Below the pieces are notes generated by a model. The model had not been told where the DNA came from and made no database searches. It was given only the letters and a program-made list of their open reading frames with translations. A stretch of DNA of 64,000 nt, taken from the IMG/VR virus record IMGVR_UViG_3300042486_000977; one strand, given 5' to 3'. The translations under genes and the position numbers were made by a program. The stretch comes from an uncultured virus (IMG/VR IMGVR_UViG_3300042486_000977) (lineage: Duplodnaviria; Heunggongvirae; Uroviricota; Caudoviricetes). Each line of letters opens with the position of its first letter. Positions within the stretch are counted from its first letter, which is position 1. Positions 1 through 9,968 of this stretch are shown here, piece after piece.

Positions 1-873
1 ATGTTATTAGAAGGTGACGGACAATCATTTGTTGAATGGTATTACGAATACTTAGAAGTAATCTTTAATCAACAAATTCCTTTAATGAAAATTGCTCAAA
101 GAGCAAAAGTAAAACTATCGATTGACGATTATAAAAAACGTTCAAAGGAAAAGACCAAAGCGGGTAATGAGATGTCTCGTATGGCTCATATGGAATTAGC
201 AATTAGAGATGAAATTGCAGTTAGTTTAGGGGATGTAATATTCTATGTGAATAATGGTGTAAAAGCGTCACACGGAGATGTTCAAAAGGTTAATAAACCT
301 AAAAAAGGATGGTCTCAAGAACAATTAGATATATTTTTCAAAACCAATGAAGATAGAAAAGAAAAGGTAAAATTTTTACAAAAAAATGGATGGGAACAAT
401 CTTGGGGTGAGGATAACTGGGTCCGTAGTGATGCGACAAATAAGGAAGCGAATACAGGAATTTCAACAGACCGAGCATATCAAATAGCATTTTCAGATAT
501 AGTCGGTTCAGTAGTTCAACTTAATTGTTATCGTCTTAACCCGTCAGAATTAGAATCAAATCCGGGTATGACTGGAGAATATAACGTGGCAAGAGCAGTT
601 GTTACTTTCAATAAAAGAATTGAACCATTGTTAATTGTTTTTGGTGAAGAAGTTAGAAATAATCTGATTGTTAGTGACCCTAAAGACAGAGGTTTGTTTA
701 CCAAACAACAATGTAAATTAATCAATGGTGTACCATTCGAATCAGGTGACCAAGATAGTATTGAAGATTTGTTAACTATTACAGACCAAGAAATGGTATA
801 TTGGGGTAAGCGAGGAGTTGACCCTGAATATATTTACGAATTAGCTGAAGAAGGATGGGAAGAGATGGTTTAA
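1..873 (+). CDS. DNA polymerase family B, C-terminal part (5'-truncated by window)
   Basis: ORF open from base 1. The pattern (KIAQRAKVK...Y...HM.LA...GDVIFYV...YN...FNKRIEPLL) resembles the PolB thumb region. Catalytic motifs lie outside the window. Confidence 0.65.
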   Translation: MLLEGDGQSFVEWYYEYLEVIFNQQIPLMKIAQRAKVKLSIDDYKKRSKEKTKAGNEMSRMAHMELAIRDEIAVSLGDVIFYVNNGVKASHGDVQKVNKPKKGWSQEQLDIFFKTNEDRKEKVKFLQKNGWEQSWGEDNWVRSDATNKEANTGISTDRAYQIAFSDIVGSVVQLNCYRLNPSELESNPGMTGEYNVARAVVTFNKRIEPLLIVFGEEVRNNLIVSDPKDRGLFTKQQCKLINGVPFESGDQDSIEDLLTITDQEMVYWGKRGVDPEYIYELAEEGWEEMV

Positions 874-1205
874 TCAAATTTAACACCATCAGAAGAAATA
901 ACGTACCAAGTGTTGAATACGAAACAAAGTTCAACACTTGCTCCGTTCCCAATAATTAAATCGTCATATAACCTATCAATTTTTTGCATATCAGGAACAA
1001 TTCTTGTCGGAGTTAATGATTTAATAATAATGTGGTCATTAATCTTTGAATCTAATTTAACAAGTACCTCATCGGCATCTGTCGTAATTAATAAAAATTC
1101 TCCCTGTGGTGTATATTCAGATTCGCTTGTAACGACTTTAGAAGATGTTTCTACATCTACACCATTAATTGTTCTTTTGATAGGTTGTGTTCTTAAAGTT
1201 CCCAT
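870..1205 (-). CDS. hypothetical protein (small beta-rich, possibly structural)
   Basis: 111-aa ORF 3 nt downstream of the neck gene on the same strand; its stop overlaps the convergent polymerase stop. Confidence 0.7.
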   Translation of the reverse strand: MGTLRTQPIKRTINGVDVETSSKVVTSESEYTPQGEFLLITTDADEVLVKLDSKINDHIIIKSLTPTRIVPDMQKIDRLYDDLIIGNGASVELCFVFNTWYVISSDGVKFD

Positions 1206-1208
1206 AAA

Positions 1209-2330
1209 TTAAATTACATATATGTTTCTTGGAAATGCTCTATACTTCATCTGCTTATTTAAATTTTCTGCAGTCAAAGCTTCTCTTTCCATTACTTTGT
1301 CAGGTTTCAATCTTGTCAACATTCCTTCCGCTCCAATCAATTCTTCAACTAATTTTAACTTTTCATCTTTCCCTTCAGTTGCAAGTGATGCATAATCCAT
1401 TGTTAATTCAGAATCAGGTGTTTTTAAATTCCCTGAATACTTTCCTCTAACTCTTGCTAAAGTTTCTTTACAGTTAGCAATGAAATATCTTCTTACCCAC
1501 TGTTGTGCCGGATTATTTAAATCTATCCACGACATTGAGTCTTGTGGAACATCCGATGGTAATTTAATAATTTCAGGATTAGCCTTTAAACATTTGTCTC
1601 TATCTGAAGGTCCTACATCGTAGTACCAATACCAAACCTTACCTCTCATTAAATTTCTGTTACCAAAGTCAAATCTACCACCAGGTGTTTGCATTAAATG
1701 TATTGCCTTTTTACCTTCAGGTAAAGCCGTAATTCTATAAGTCATATCACTGGCAATAATTCTTCTTTGGATATTAATCTCTTGCATTCTTAACAACATA
1801 TCAAATGCTGGCATCATAAAGTATGACCCTGAATTCCCCATTTGAGAAAATCCTGCGGGACCACCTATACCAGTTCCTCCGAACGCTCCAAAACTAAAAG
1901 AGTCAAATAACATATTATTTTGTGTCGCGGGAGTAAACCAAAGTAATTCATTAACTTCTCTTCCTGCGGGAATTTCATATATTTGTTGGTTAGGTTCTAA
2001 CTGAATAAAATCTTTTTCTAATACCCAATCACCACCTGCTTGTAGTCCAACAATTTTAGAATATGCGTGTGAATACCTTTCTTCTAAATTAAAATTTTTG
2101 GTAATAAATGCTCTTGATAAAGATTGAGTATCCATATTAAGACCCCAAAGTTGAGCCCATTGAGAATCAATTAGGAAATTTTGAACATATTGGGAATAAT
2201 CTCCAATTGCAAATTCCAATAAAGTATCCATTTGTTCGTCCTCTAACTCAACTGAGCGTAAAGGGGCACCAAGTACGTGACGTACCTTGGTATATAAATC
2301 ACTTCTTTGTGGTTCAGGTATTACAGCCAT
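1209..2330 (-). CDS. neck / head-tail connector protein, T4 gp13-like
   Basis: N-terminal LGAPLRSVELEDEQMD..L..AI..Y and C-terminal WVRRY..A.CKE.LARVRGKYS motifs are typical of gp13-like neck proteins. Confidence 0.7.
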   Translation of the reverse strand: MAVIPEPQRSDLYTKVRHVLGAPLRSVELEDEQMDTLLEFAIGDYSQYVQNFLIDSQWAQLWGLNMDTQSLSRAFITKNFNLEERYSHAYSKIVGLQAGGDWVLEKDFIQLEPNQQIYEIPAGREVNELLWFTPATQNNMLFDSFSFGAFGGTGIGGPAGFSQMGNSGSYFMMPAFDMLLRMQEINIQRRIIASDMTYRITALPEGKKAIHLMQTPGGRFDFGNRNLMRGKVWYWYYDVGPSDRDKCLKANPEIIKLPSDVPQDSMSWIDLNNPAQQWVRRYFIANCKETLARVRGKYSGNLKTPDSELTMDYASLATEGKDEKLKLVEELIGAEGMLTRLKPDKVMEREALTAENLNKQMKYRAFPRNIYVI

Positions 2331-2349
2331 TTCTTTTTATTTATAAATA

Positions 2350-3060
2350 TCAATCCTCTTTTTTAGTTTTTGTCAGATATAAATCATTAACAAATTTCCA
2401 ATTAATTACATCCCAAAAGTTCTCAATATAATCGTCTCTTTTGTTTTGATATTTTAAGTAATATGCGTGTTCCCATAAATCTAATCCTAAAATAGGAAAC
2501 CCTCCTTTGTCATAAACATTCATCAAAGGATTATCTTGATTTTGAGTTGACATAACTTTTAATCGACCACTTTTTGATATTACTAACCATACCCATCCTG
2601 AACCAAATCTTTTTTTAGCAACTGATTCAAATCTCTCTTTAAATTCTCTAAAAGAACCAAAATCTTTTTTGATTTTTTCTAAAACCTCACCATATGGTTT
2701 TTGAGGGGTTGGTGATAACATTTTCCAAAACATTGCGTGGTTAAATGCCCCACCTGCGTTATTTCTAATTGTAGTATTATAACGATTAATTTGTTTAACA
2801 ATTTTTTCTAATTCTACATCACCGTAATCTTTCTTTCTTAAAGCCTGATTTAATTTGTTTACATACCCTTTGTAATGTTTTTGGTAGTGAAACTTCATAG
2901 TTTCAGGGTCAATAAATCTTCTTAACGATGCGTAACCATATGGGAGTTTTTCAATCCCAATAGTTTTCATTTCATTAATAAAAAATTTTGTTTCAGGTAA
3001 AACAACTTCACCTGTTATTTTTTTTACTAAAGATTCTGATAATAAGTTTAATGATTTCAT
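2350..3060 (-). CDS. sodA: Fe/Mn superoxide dismutase (Mn-type signature) with ~30-aa N-terminal extension
   Basis: LPYGY, HYQKH, NAGGAFNHAMFW, FGSGWVWL, NQDNP and DLWEHAYY; all four metal ligands are present. ATG at 3060 is preferred over the TTG at 3063. Confidence 0.95.
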   Translation of the reverse strand: MKSLNLLSESLVKKITGEVVLPETKFFINEMKTIGIEKLPYGYASLRRFIDPETMKFHYQKHYKGYVNKLNQALRKKDYGDVELEKIVKQINRYNTTIRNNAGGAFNHAMFWKMLSPTPQKPYGEVLEKIKKDFGSFREFKERFESVAKKRFGSGWVWLVISKSGRLKVMSTQNQDNPLMNVYDKGGFPILGLDLWEHAYYLKYQNKRDDYIENFWDVINWKFVNDLYLTKTKKED

Positions 3061-3073
3061 CAATAATAAATAC

Positions 3074-4831
3074 TTACTTATTATTGATTTCGTTTAAGAT
3101 TTGTTCAACAATATCTGCAGATGTACCATCATCTCCCATAACGGTACCAATTATTTGTTTTTTATGAGATAAAATGTCATAAATAACACCCTCAATTGTG
3201 TTCTCAAACAAAGGGTAGAACACTGAAACATTATTTTTTTGACCGTATCTATACGCACGGTCTTCTGCTTGGGCATGGTCTGCAGGTACAAATGATAAGT
3301 CATTCATAATAACTGCTTCAGCTGCGGTTAAAGTCAATCCAACACCCGCAGCCTTCATATTACCACAGAAAACTTGGATTTTATCACTCTCTTGGAACTT
3401 GTCAACCGCATCCTGTCTTGCAGGTTTTGATGTCGACCCATCTAAATAAACTGACTTTTTACCAAAATGTTCGTGTATCTTTTTTAAAGGTTCAGTGAAA
3501 TTACTAAAAATGATTACCTTTTTACCTTGTTCAATAATATTTTCAGCCAGCTCAATAGTCGTTGCAATTTTTTCTTCGGCAATTACCTGTCTAACTTTCA
3601 TTAATTTTGTAAACTGAACTGATAGTGATTTTGATTCTTCTTGTCTGTTATTATACCAATCATAATACTCTCCCATCAATCCTTCATATAATCTTGATTT
3701 TAAACGAAGATAAACAGGTGTCATAATTTTTTCAGGTAAATCTAAAACATCGGTTTTTAATCTACGAAGTATTTGACGAGAAGTTCTTTCTCTTAATTCT
3801 TCCAAGTTTGACGCTCCTGTAACATTCCAAACTTTTTTATTACCTACTCTAAATTGGTACCCATTACAGTAACGAATTGCGTATGCCATCCAATTTTGAC
3901 TAACAGGACTATCAATTAATTTTAGAATATTATAATAATTCATAGGACGGGAAGTCATCGGAGTTCCTGTTAATAACCAAAGTCTTTTAATATCTTTGGT
4001 TAAATCCATTATAATTTTTGTTCTCTGAGCTTGAGCATTTGAAACATAATGAGCCTCATCAATAACAACGAGGTCAAAATTTGTTTTTAAAATTAATGAG
4101 TTTTCTTTATCCTTCGGGTCGTGAAAGTTTTTAAGGATATCATAGTTTGTAATAATAAAATCAGCATCTTCGTATTTTTTACCCTCACAAATATAAACTG
4201 ACTTATCAGTGTAGTTTCTAATTTCTCGTTCCCAATTTATCTTAAGAGACGCTGGACATATAATCAAAACTTTTTTAGACCCACTTTCCAATGACGCAAT
4301 TACTGTTGAGGTGGTTTTACCAAGTCCCATATCATCCGCCAAAATAAACTTGTCATTCTTTAATAACTTTTCAATTGCTTCTTTTTGGTGAGATAATGGA
4401 GGACGTTTTTCATATTTAGAATAATCAACTTCAACAACATTTTCTTTATAATCTTTAATTACCGCAGCTTTAGGTATCCAAAAATCGTGTATAGTTTCGG
4501 CACTAAAAACTTTACCCCAAATATGGTAAGATTTGTCTTTTTCAACTAAAATTTTCTCAACGTAAATTTGGTCAGGTTCTTTAATGAACGGATTATCTTC
4601 AACAAGTTTTTTAGAAAAGTACGAGTCAATTGGTACCCATTTTTTAGCAACTTTAGGAACTACCTTTTCAAACGATAAAACATATTCACATTGTGCTCTT
4701 GTTGGAATATGTTTTTTATTGGTGTCACATTGTTTTTTAATTTTAAGAATATAGTTATTAGACCCTTCATAGTTTTCTAAAACTAAAAGAGCTTTTTGTT
4801 CTATACTCAAATGTGATGTCCCTGTTTCCAA
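3074..4831 (-). CDS. SNF2-family helicase/translocase (HARP/SMARCAL1-like)
   Basis: LADDMGLGKT, DEAH, LTGTP and QAEDRAYRYGQ motifs; TTG start. Confidence 0.92.
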   Translation of the reverse strand: METGTSHLSIEQKALLVLENYEGSNNYILKIKKQCDTNKKHIPTRAQCEYVLSFEKVVPKVAKKWVPIDSYFSKKLVEDNPFIKEPDQIYVEKILVEKDKSYHIWGKVFSAETIHDFWIPKAAVIKDYKENVVEVDYSKYEKRPPLSHQKEAIEKLLKNDKFILADDMGLGKTTSTVIASLESGSKKVLIICPASLKINWEREIRNYTDKSVYICEGKKYEDADFIITNYDILKNFHDPKDKENSLILKTNFDLVVIDEAHYVSNAQAQRTKIIMDLTKDIKRLWLLTGTPMTSRPMNYYNILKLIDSPVSQNWMAYAIRYCNGYQFRVGNKKVWNVTGASNLEELRERTSRQILRRLKTDVLDLPEKIMTPVYLRLKSRLYEGLMGEYYDWYNNRQEESKSLSVQFTKLMKVRQVIAEEKIATTIELAENIIEQGKKVIIFSNFTEPLKKIHEHFGKKSVYLDGSTSKPARQDAVDKFQESDKIQVFCGNMKAAGVGLTLTAAEAVIMNDLSFVPADHAQAEDRAYRYGQKNNVSVFYPLFENTIEGVIYDILSHKKQIIGTVMGDDGTSADIVEQILNEINNK

Positions 4832-4855
4832 AATCTCAAAATTACATTACCACTA

Positions 4856-4884
4856 ATAATAAGTGAAATAAAGATATTTATCAA
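4856..4884 (-). promoter_or_regulatory. sigma70-like promoter for the SNF2 gene
   Basis: Minus strand reads TTGATA-N17-TATTAT, 24 nt upstream of the start codon. Confidence 0.5.
4875..4881 (+). promoter_or_regulatory. TATTTAT putative late-promoter motif (representative copy)
   Basis: Lies 4 nt before ATG 4886. The same motif precedes about 15 genes on their sense strand (see findings). Confidence 0.65.
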
Positions 4885-4885
4885 T

Positions 4886-5401
4886 ATGTCACAGAGAAAT
4901 GTACCAATTACTCGTTTAGGAAAATTTTTTGGAGCCGAGGACTTCACATTAGATGTGGGTATGGGAAGAGAATGGCTAGAGGGAGATATGAACTTTACTT
5001 TGATTCTTTATAAGGTAAATAAACAAAGAACTGATATTGATGACGTTTATGGTGAATCTCTATCAAATGGAATTAAATTTAATCCACCTATTGAGTTTAA
5101 AGCCTACGTCCAAGTATCGGCACCTGAAAATAAAAATTTAGGTACTAGTAAAATTAATCAATTTGAACCTGGTAATATTAGAATATCAGTTTATCAAACT
5201 CATTTAGATGAACTTGGTGTTGATATTGAATATGGTGATTATATTGGGTACTACGAAAAAGAAAACCGTGTAAGATATTATGTGGTTAATAATGATGGTA
5301 GAGTTGTTTCAGATAACAAACATACTTATGCGGGTTACAAACCATTCTACAGAACAATAAATGCATCACCTGTAGGACCAAACGAATTTAACGGATTATA
5401 A
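4886..5401 (+). CDS. putative neck / head-closure protein, T4 gp14-like
   Basis: DDVYGE..K...F.PPIE and GDYIGY motifs; size and position between the neck and sheath genes fit. Confidence 0.55.
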   Translation: MSQRNVPITRLGKFFGAEDFTLDVGMGREWLEGDMNFTLILYKVNKQRTDIDDVYGESLSNGIKFNPPIEFKAYVQVSAPENKNLGTSKINQFEPGNIRISVYQTHLDELGVDIEYGDYIGYYEKENRVRYYVVNNDGRVVSDNKHTYAGYKPFYRTINASPVGPNEFNGL

Positions 5402-5402
5402 A

Positions 5403-6440
5403 ATGGGATTACCAAAAAAAATAAAAAAAGACATTAGTCTTATTCCTAAAAAAGAAGGATTTCCTCGTAGGGTAGAAATGCTTGATATGATTAACGAGAA
5501 TGGAACTTACCTACCTAAATCCATTTTACACGAAGATTTGGACAGAGGATTTTTAGATTTTGTTAAAAACGATTTGGAAATTAGCACTGAAGGAATTAAA
5601 GTACCAATTATTGATATAATAATGACTACCCAAAATTGGGCTAACTTTACTAAAACTTGGTCATTTCAAAATTTAGATAAAAATCCTGAACCTCCTTTTG
5701 TTACAACAATTAGAAATCCTGAAGTTAAATACGGTTCATTACCTTCATTACTTTGGACTATTCCTAATAGAAGGCAATATTTTTATGCTGCGGTGCCAAG
5801 TTGGGATGGTGATAGAAAAGGGTACGATGTTTATACGATACCTCAACCTGTACCTGTTGATATAACTTATTCAGTTAAAATCGTTTGTAATCGAATGAGA
5901 GAATTAAATAAGTTTAACAAAAAAGTACTTGAAAAATTTTCATCAAGACAAGCCTACACAAATGTTAAAGGTCATTATATTCCTATTATAATGAATGATA
6001 TTTCGGATGAATCTGTTATGGACATTGAAAAGAGAAGATACTATGTTCAGAGTTATCAATTTACGTTAATGGGATTTTTAATTGATGAAGATGAGTTTGA
6101 GGTTAAACCGGCAATCAGTCGTGTATTACAATTGATTGAAGCAGATACTAAAACATACAAATCTAAAAAAATTAAAATAGTTCCATCAGAATCTCCAAAA
6201 GTTATTTTTAATTATGATTCTAATTCCGTTTCATATTCTGAAACATTTCAATATACTGCAAATTTAACAGTTATATTAACTGACAATGTAACAAATTATT
6301 TTGTTTATATTAATAATCTTTTCTACGGTGAGAGTCCATCAGTTATTCAGATAAATAATGGTGACACTCTTCAAATAGACATACAAAAATTAACTTTAGG
6401 GGAAGAATCTACTATTTCGTTAGAAGTTGATTTATTATAA
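5403..6440 (+). CDS. putative tail terminator / sheath stabiliser, gp15-like
   Basis: PQPVPVDITYSV motif followed by an amphipathic helix; synteny immediately before the sheath gene. Confidence 0.5.
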   Translation: MGLPKKIKKDISLIPKKEGFPRRVEMLDMINENGTYLPKSILHEDLDRGFLDFVKNDLEISTEGIKVPIIDIIMTTQNWANFTKTWSFQNLDKNPEPPFVTTIRNPEVKYGSLPSLLWTIPNRRQYFYAAVPSWDGDRKGYDVYTIPQPVPVDITYSVKIVCNRMRELNKFNKKVLEKFSSRQAYTNVKGHYIPIIMNDISDESVMDIEKRRYYVQSYQFTLMGFLIDEDEFEVKPAISRVLQLIEADTKTYKSKKIKIVPSESPKVIFNYDSNSVSYSETFQYTANLTVILTDNVTNYFVYINNLFYGESPSVIQINNGDTLQIDIQKLTLGEESTISLEVDLL

Positions 6441-6587
6441 TTACTCCCCATAGATATCCCCTTTATCACTACAATTTTTTTTAATTAATACCTCAATAAA
6501 TTTAGAAATTTTCAGACCGTGTTTGTCACAATGTTTTTTTAACAAATTGTGATGATATTCAGATATCTTAAGGTTCTTATATTTCAT
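6441..6587 (-). CDS. small ribbon-helix-helix-like DNA-binding protein (48 aa, not in ORF track)
   Basis: Hand translation: MKYKNLKISEYHHNLLKKHCDKHGLKISKFIEVLIKKNCSDKGDIYGE*. It shows a beta strand (KNLKIS), helix, G, helix pattern, fills the gap exactly, and has TATTTAT upstream (6621-6627, minus). Confidence 0.7.
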   Translation of the reverse strand: MKYKNLKISEYHHNLLKKHCDKHGLKISKFIEVLIKKNCSDKGDIYGE

Positions 6588-6703
6588 AGATACAAAAGTA
6601 GAATTTTTTCATACTAAATAATAAATAGATTGGTTTTAATAAAGTTTTTTGAAAAATCAACAAGTATTTATAGAAAAATAAAAACTTTAAATCATTCATT
6701 TAA

Positions 6704-9700
6704 ATGGCAACATCAAACACAGTTTTCGTTTCTCCCGGTGTGTATACATCCGAGAGAGATTTGAGCTTTGTGTCTCAAAACGTAGGTGTTACTACTTTAG
6801 GAATTGTTGGAGAAGCGTTACAAGGTCCTGCCTTTGAACCAATCTTCGTAACTAATTACGACGAATACCAACTTTACTTTGGAGGTACTAACCCTGAAAA
6901 ATTCGTGAACACACAAATCCCAAAGTATGAAGCAGCTTACATTGCAAAATCATACTTACAACAATCAAATCAATTATTTGTAACAAGAGTACTTGGATTA
7001 TCAGGTTATGATGCGGGACCATCTTGGTCAGTTTCAACTGTTGCAAATGTCAATTGTGCAACTATCGGAATTAATAGAGCTAGTTCTCAAAGTGCTGTTA
7101 CTTACAGTTTAAACTTTACAGGAACTACAGCATCTACAACAAGTGTAACTTTTCTTAATGCCATTCCTGGTCCAATCTTAGGAAATTTCACTTCACAGTA
7201 TACTCAATTTGATGGTGGAGTTTCTACAATTTCTGACGATATGAAGAGTATGATACTTGGTATTTTGAGAAATAACGCAACCTCCGCTAATACTATTAGT
7301 TATTGGGGAGCAATTTCAGGAGCCAATTACGCAACATCTGCGGCTACATACACTAATGGAATTAATCAATTTGGTGTAAACAGTTTATCTGCGGAGTCGG
7401 TTACAAGTTGTTCGGGATTAGATGACGCTTGGTTCTATTCTAACTTCAATCCAACAACAGGTGATAATTACTCAGGTTATTCTTTTTACGGAGCAGTAAC
7501 TGCATTATCCGCAAATTCTTGGTCTGTGGCAGGAGTATTTTCAGGTTCGGTGACGGGTAGATATTATGTATTTAGTGGTGATGCGTATTCTGATTATAAT
7601 AACATTTCAGTTGCCACATTACGTTCAAGAGGATTGGCTAATTATAGTACAGACAACGGTCCTGTATATCAAGTTTCAGCAACTACAAATTTAATAATGA
7701 GTTGTGCGGGGGCTTACTCAGCTGTTACAAAAAATCCATTCCAAACATTCTTAATTTCAGGAGTTACCATTGATAGTACTAACTTTAGTTATGAAGTATC
7801 ATTACAGCCAACAAACGCAAATTATATTTCCAAAGTTTTAGGACTTACTAATTTTGGTAAACCAAAAGAAAGTTTCCCTGTATTTGTTGAGGAGGTTTAT
7901 TCTACTCTGTTAAATTATGGATATAACAAAGGATACATTAGAGGTCTTAATTGTAATATAGGATTAGATTCAACAGAATCTGCAAGAAGTTTACAAAGTG
8001 ACTCATTAGGTTTCTATTTAGAACAATATCAGACACCAGTATCTCCTTGGGTAGTATCAGAATTAAGAGGTAATAAAGTATATGAATTATTTAAATTCTA
8101 TACGATTTCTGATGGTAATGCCGCTAACACACAAATCAAAATTACTATAGCAAATATTTCATTTAATAATGGTACTTTTGACGTAATTGTTCGTGATTTC
8201 TACGATACTGATGAAAATCCAGTTACTTTAGAGAAATTCACTAATTGTTCTTTAGACCCAAATCTTAACAACTACATCGCTAAGAAAGTTGGTACAATGG
8301 ACGGTGAATACGCATTGAACTCTAAATACATTATGGTTGAAGCTAACTACGATGCTCCGACTGACGCACTTCCTTGTGGATTTGAAGGTTATATCAACAG
8401 AGAGTACCCAACAATCAACCCGGCATTCCCTATATATAAGACACAATACTATTTCCCTGGTGAAACAATTTATGACCCTCCATTTGGTAACTCAAGTGGA
8501 ACTAATAATACAACACAAAGTTCAGGAGATAATGTTAGAAGAAGTTATTTAGGATTTTCTTCACAATTTGGTGTTGACGATAGTTTATTACAATACAAAG
8601 GAAAACAAAATCCAGTTAGTGATTTCTGTGATGCGATTACCGGTTCAGATTGGGCTTATATCTCAAGAGGTTTCCATATGGATAGTGGAGCAACTGTTGT
8701 TACAATCGGTCCAGGTTATGTTACATCAGGACAACAAGCGTTTGATTGTGGTGTTGCCTCATTTAACACTGAACCAACTTCAGAAACTAACCCATACTAC
8801 AGACTTTACGCACGTAAATTTACGTTAGTTGTTCAAGGAGGTTTTGACGGATGGGACATCTACACTGAAAGAAGAACTAATTCTGACAGATTTGTACTTG
8901 GTCAATCAGGTTACTTAAATGGAGCTTGTCAATCAACAAGATACCCAAGTGCTACAGGAGCAGGTATGTTTAAACGTATCACTGTGGGTGATAACACAGT
9001 TGATTACGCAAATACTGACTACTACGCATATTTGTTAGGACAACAAACATTTGCAAACCCTGAAGCAATTAATATCAATGTGTTTGTAACACCTGGTATC
9101 GATATTGATAACAACAGTAACCTTGTAGAGGCGTCAATTGATATGGTTGAAAACGATAGAGCTGACTCTATCTACATCACAACTATCCCTGACTTTAACT
9201 TACTACAACCTTCAACATCAATGGATAATTTAATTTACCCACAAGAAGTTGTAGATATTTTAGAAACATCAGGAATTGACTCTAACTACACCGCAACTTA
9301 CTACCCTTGGGTTCTTACTCGTGATACAGTTAATAATACTCAAATTTATTTACCAGCGACTGCTGAAGTAACTAAAAACTTGGCCTTGACTGATAACATT
9401 GCGTTCCCTTGGTTTGCGACAGCAGGTTACACACGTGGATTGGTAAATGCAATTAAAGCACGTAAGAAGTTAACTCAAGAAGATAGAGACACTCTTTATA
9501 AAGGTAGAATTAACCCAATCGCAACGTTCAACGATGTTGGAACAGTTATTTGGGGTAACAAAACTTTACAAGTTAAAGAATCTGCTCTTGATAGAATCAA
9601 CGTAAGAAGATTGTTATTACAAGCTCGTAAATTGATTTCAGCGGTAGCCGTAAGATTATTGTTTGAACAAAACGACCAAGTAGTAAGACAACAATTCTTG

Positions 9701-9901
9701 GATTCAGTTAACCCAATTTTGGATTCAATTAGAAGAGACAGAGGTTTGTATGACTTCAGAGTTACAGTTCAAAACACTCCTGAAGATTTAGATAAGAACC
9801 AAATGATTGGTAAAATCTATATCAAACCAACTAAATCTCTTGAATTCATTGACATTGAGTTCTTAATCACTCCAACAGGAGCATCGTTTGAGAATATCTA
9901 A
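6704..9901 (+). CDS. tail sheath protein, T4 gp18-like (1065 aa)
   Basis: SPGVYTSERD, GPAFEP, YYPWV, PWFATAGYTRG, INPI, WGNKTL, RINVRRL and IKPTKSLEFI motifs. Confidence 0.95.
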   Translation: MATSNTVFVSPGVYTSERDLSFVSQNVGVTTLGIVGEALQGPAFEPIFVTNYDEYQLYFGGTNPEKFVNTQIPKYEAAYIAKSYLQQSNQLFVTRVLGLSGYDAGPSWSVSTVANVNCATIGINRASSQSAVTYSLNFTGTTASTTSVTFLNAIPGPILGNFTSQYTQFDGGVSTISDDMKSMILGILRNNATSANTISYWGAISGANYATSAATYTNGINQFGVNSLSAESVTSCSGLDDAWFYSNFNPTTGDNYSGYSFYGAVTALSANSWSVAGVFSGSVTGRYYVFSGDAYSDYNNISVATLRSRGLANYSTDNGPVYQVSATTNLIMSCAGAYSAVTKNPFQTFLISGVTIDSTNFSYEVSLQPTNANYISKVLGLTNFGKPKESFPVFVEEVYSTLLNYGYNKGYIRGLNCNIGLDSTESARSLQSDSLGFYLEQYQTPVSPWVVSELRGNKVYELFKFYTISDGNAANTQIKITIANISFNNGTFDVIVRDFYDTDENPVTLEKFTNCSLDPNLNNYIAKKVGTMDGEYALNSKYIMVEANYDAPTDALPCGFEGYINREYPTINPAFPIYKTQYYFPGETIYDPPFGNSSGTNNTTQSSGDNVRRSYLGFSSQFGVDDSLLQYKGKQNPVSDFCDAITGSDWAYISRGFHMDSGATVVTIGPGYVTSGQQAFDCGVASFNTEPTSETNPYYRLYARKFTLVVQGGFDGWDIYTERRTNSDRFVLGQSGYLNGACQSTRYPSATGAGMFKRITVGDNTVDYANTDYYAYLLGQQTFANPEAININVFVTPGIDIDNNSNLVEASIDMVENDRADSIYITTIPDFNLLQPSTSMDNLIYPQEVVDILETSGIDSNYTATYYPWVLTRDTVNNTQIYLPATAEVTKNLALTDNIAFPWFATAGYTRGLVNAIKARKKLTQEDRDTLYKGRINPIATFNDVGTVIWGNKTLQVKESALDRINVRRLLLQARKLISAVAVRLLFEQNDQVVRQQFLDSVNPILDSIRRDRGLYDFRVTVQNTPEDLDKNQMIGKIYIKPTKSLEFIDIEFLITPTGASFENI

Positions 9902-9918
9902 AATGATAACATAATTTT

Positions 9919-9946
9919 AAAAGCCCCCTTAATTGGGGGTTTTTTA
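9919..9946 (+). terminator. rho-independent terminator after sheath gene
   Basis: AAAAGCCCCC-TTAATT-GGGGGTTTTTT hairpin with T-tract. Confidence 0.85.
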
Positions 9947-9968
9947 TTTAACTGAATATTTATAAGAT

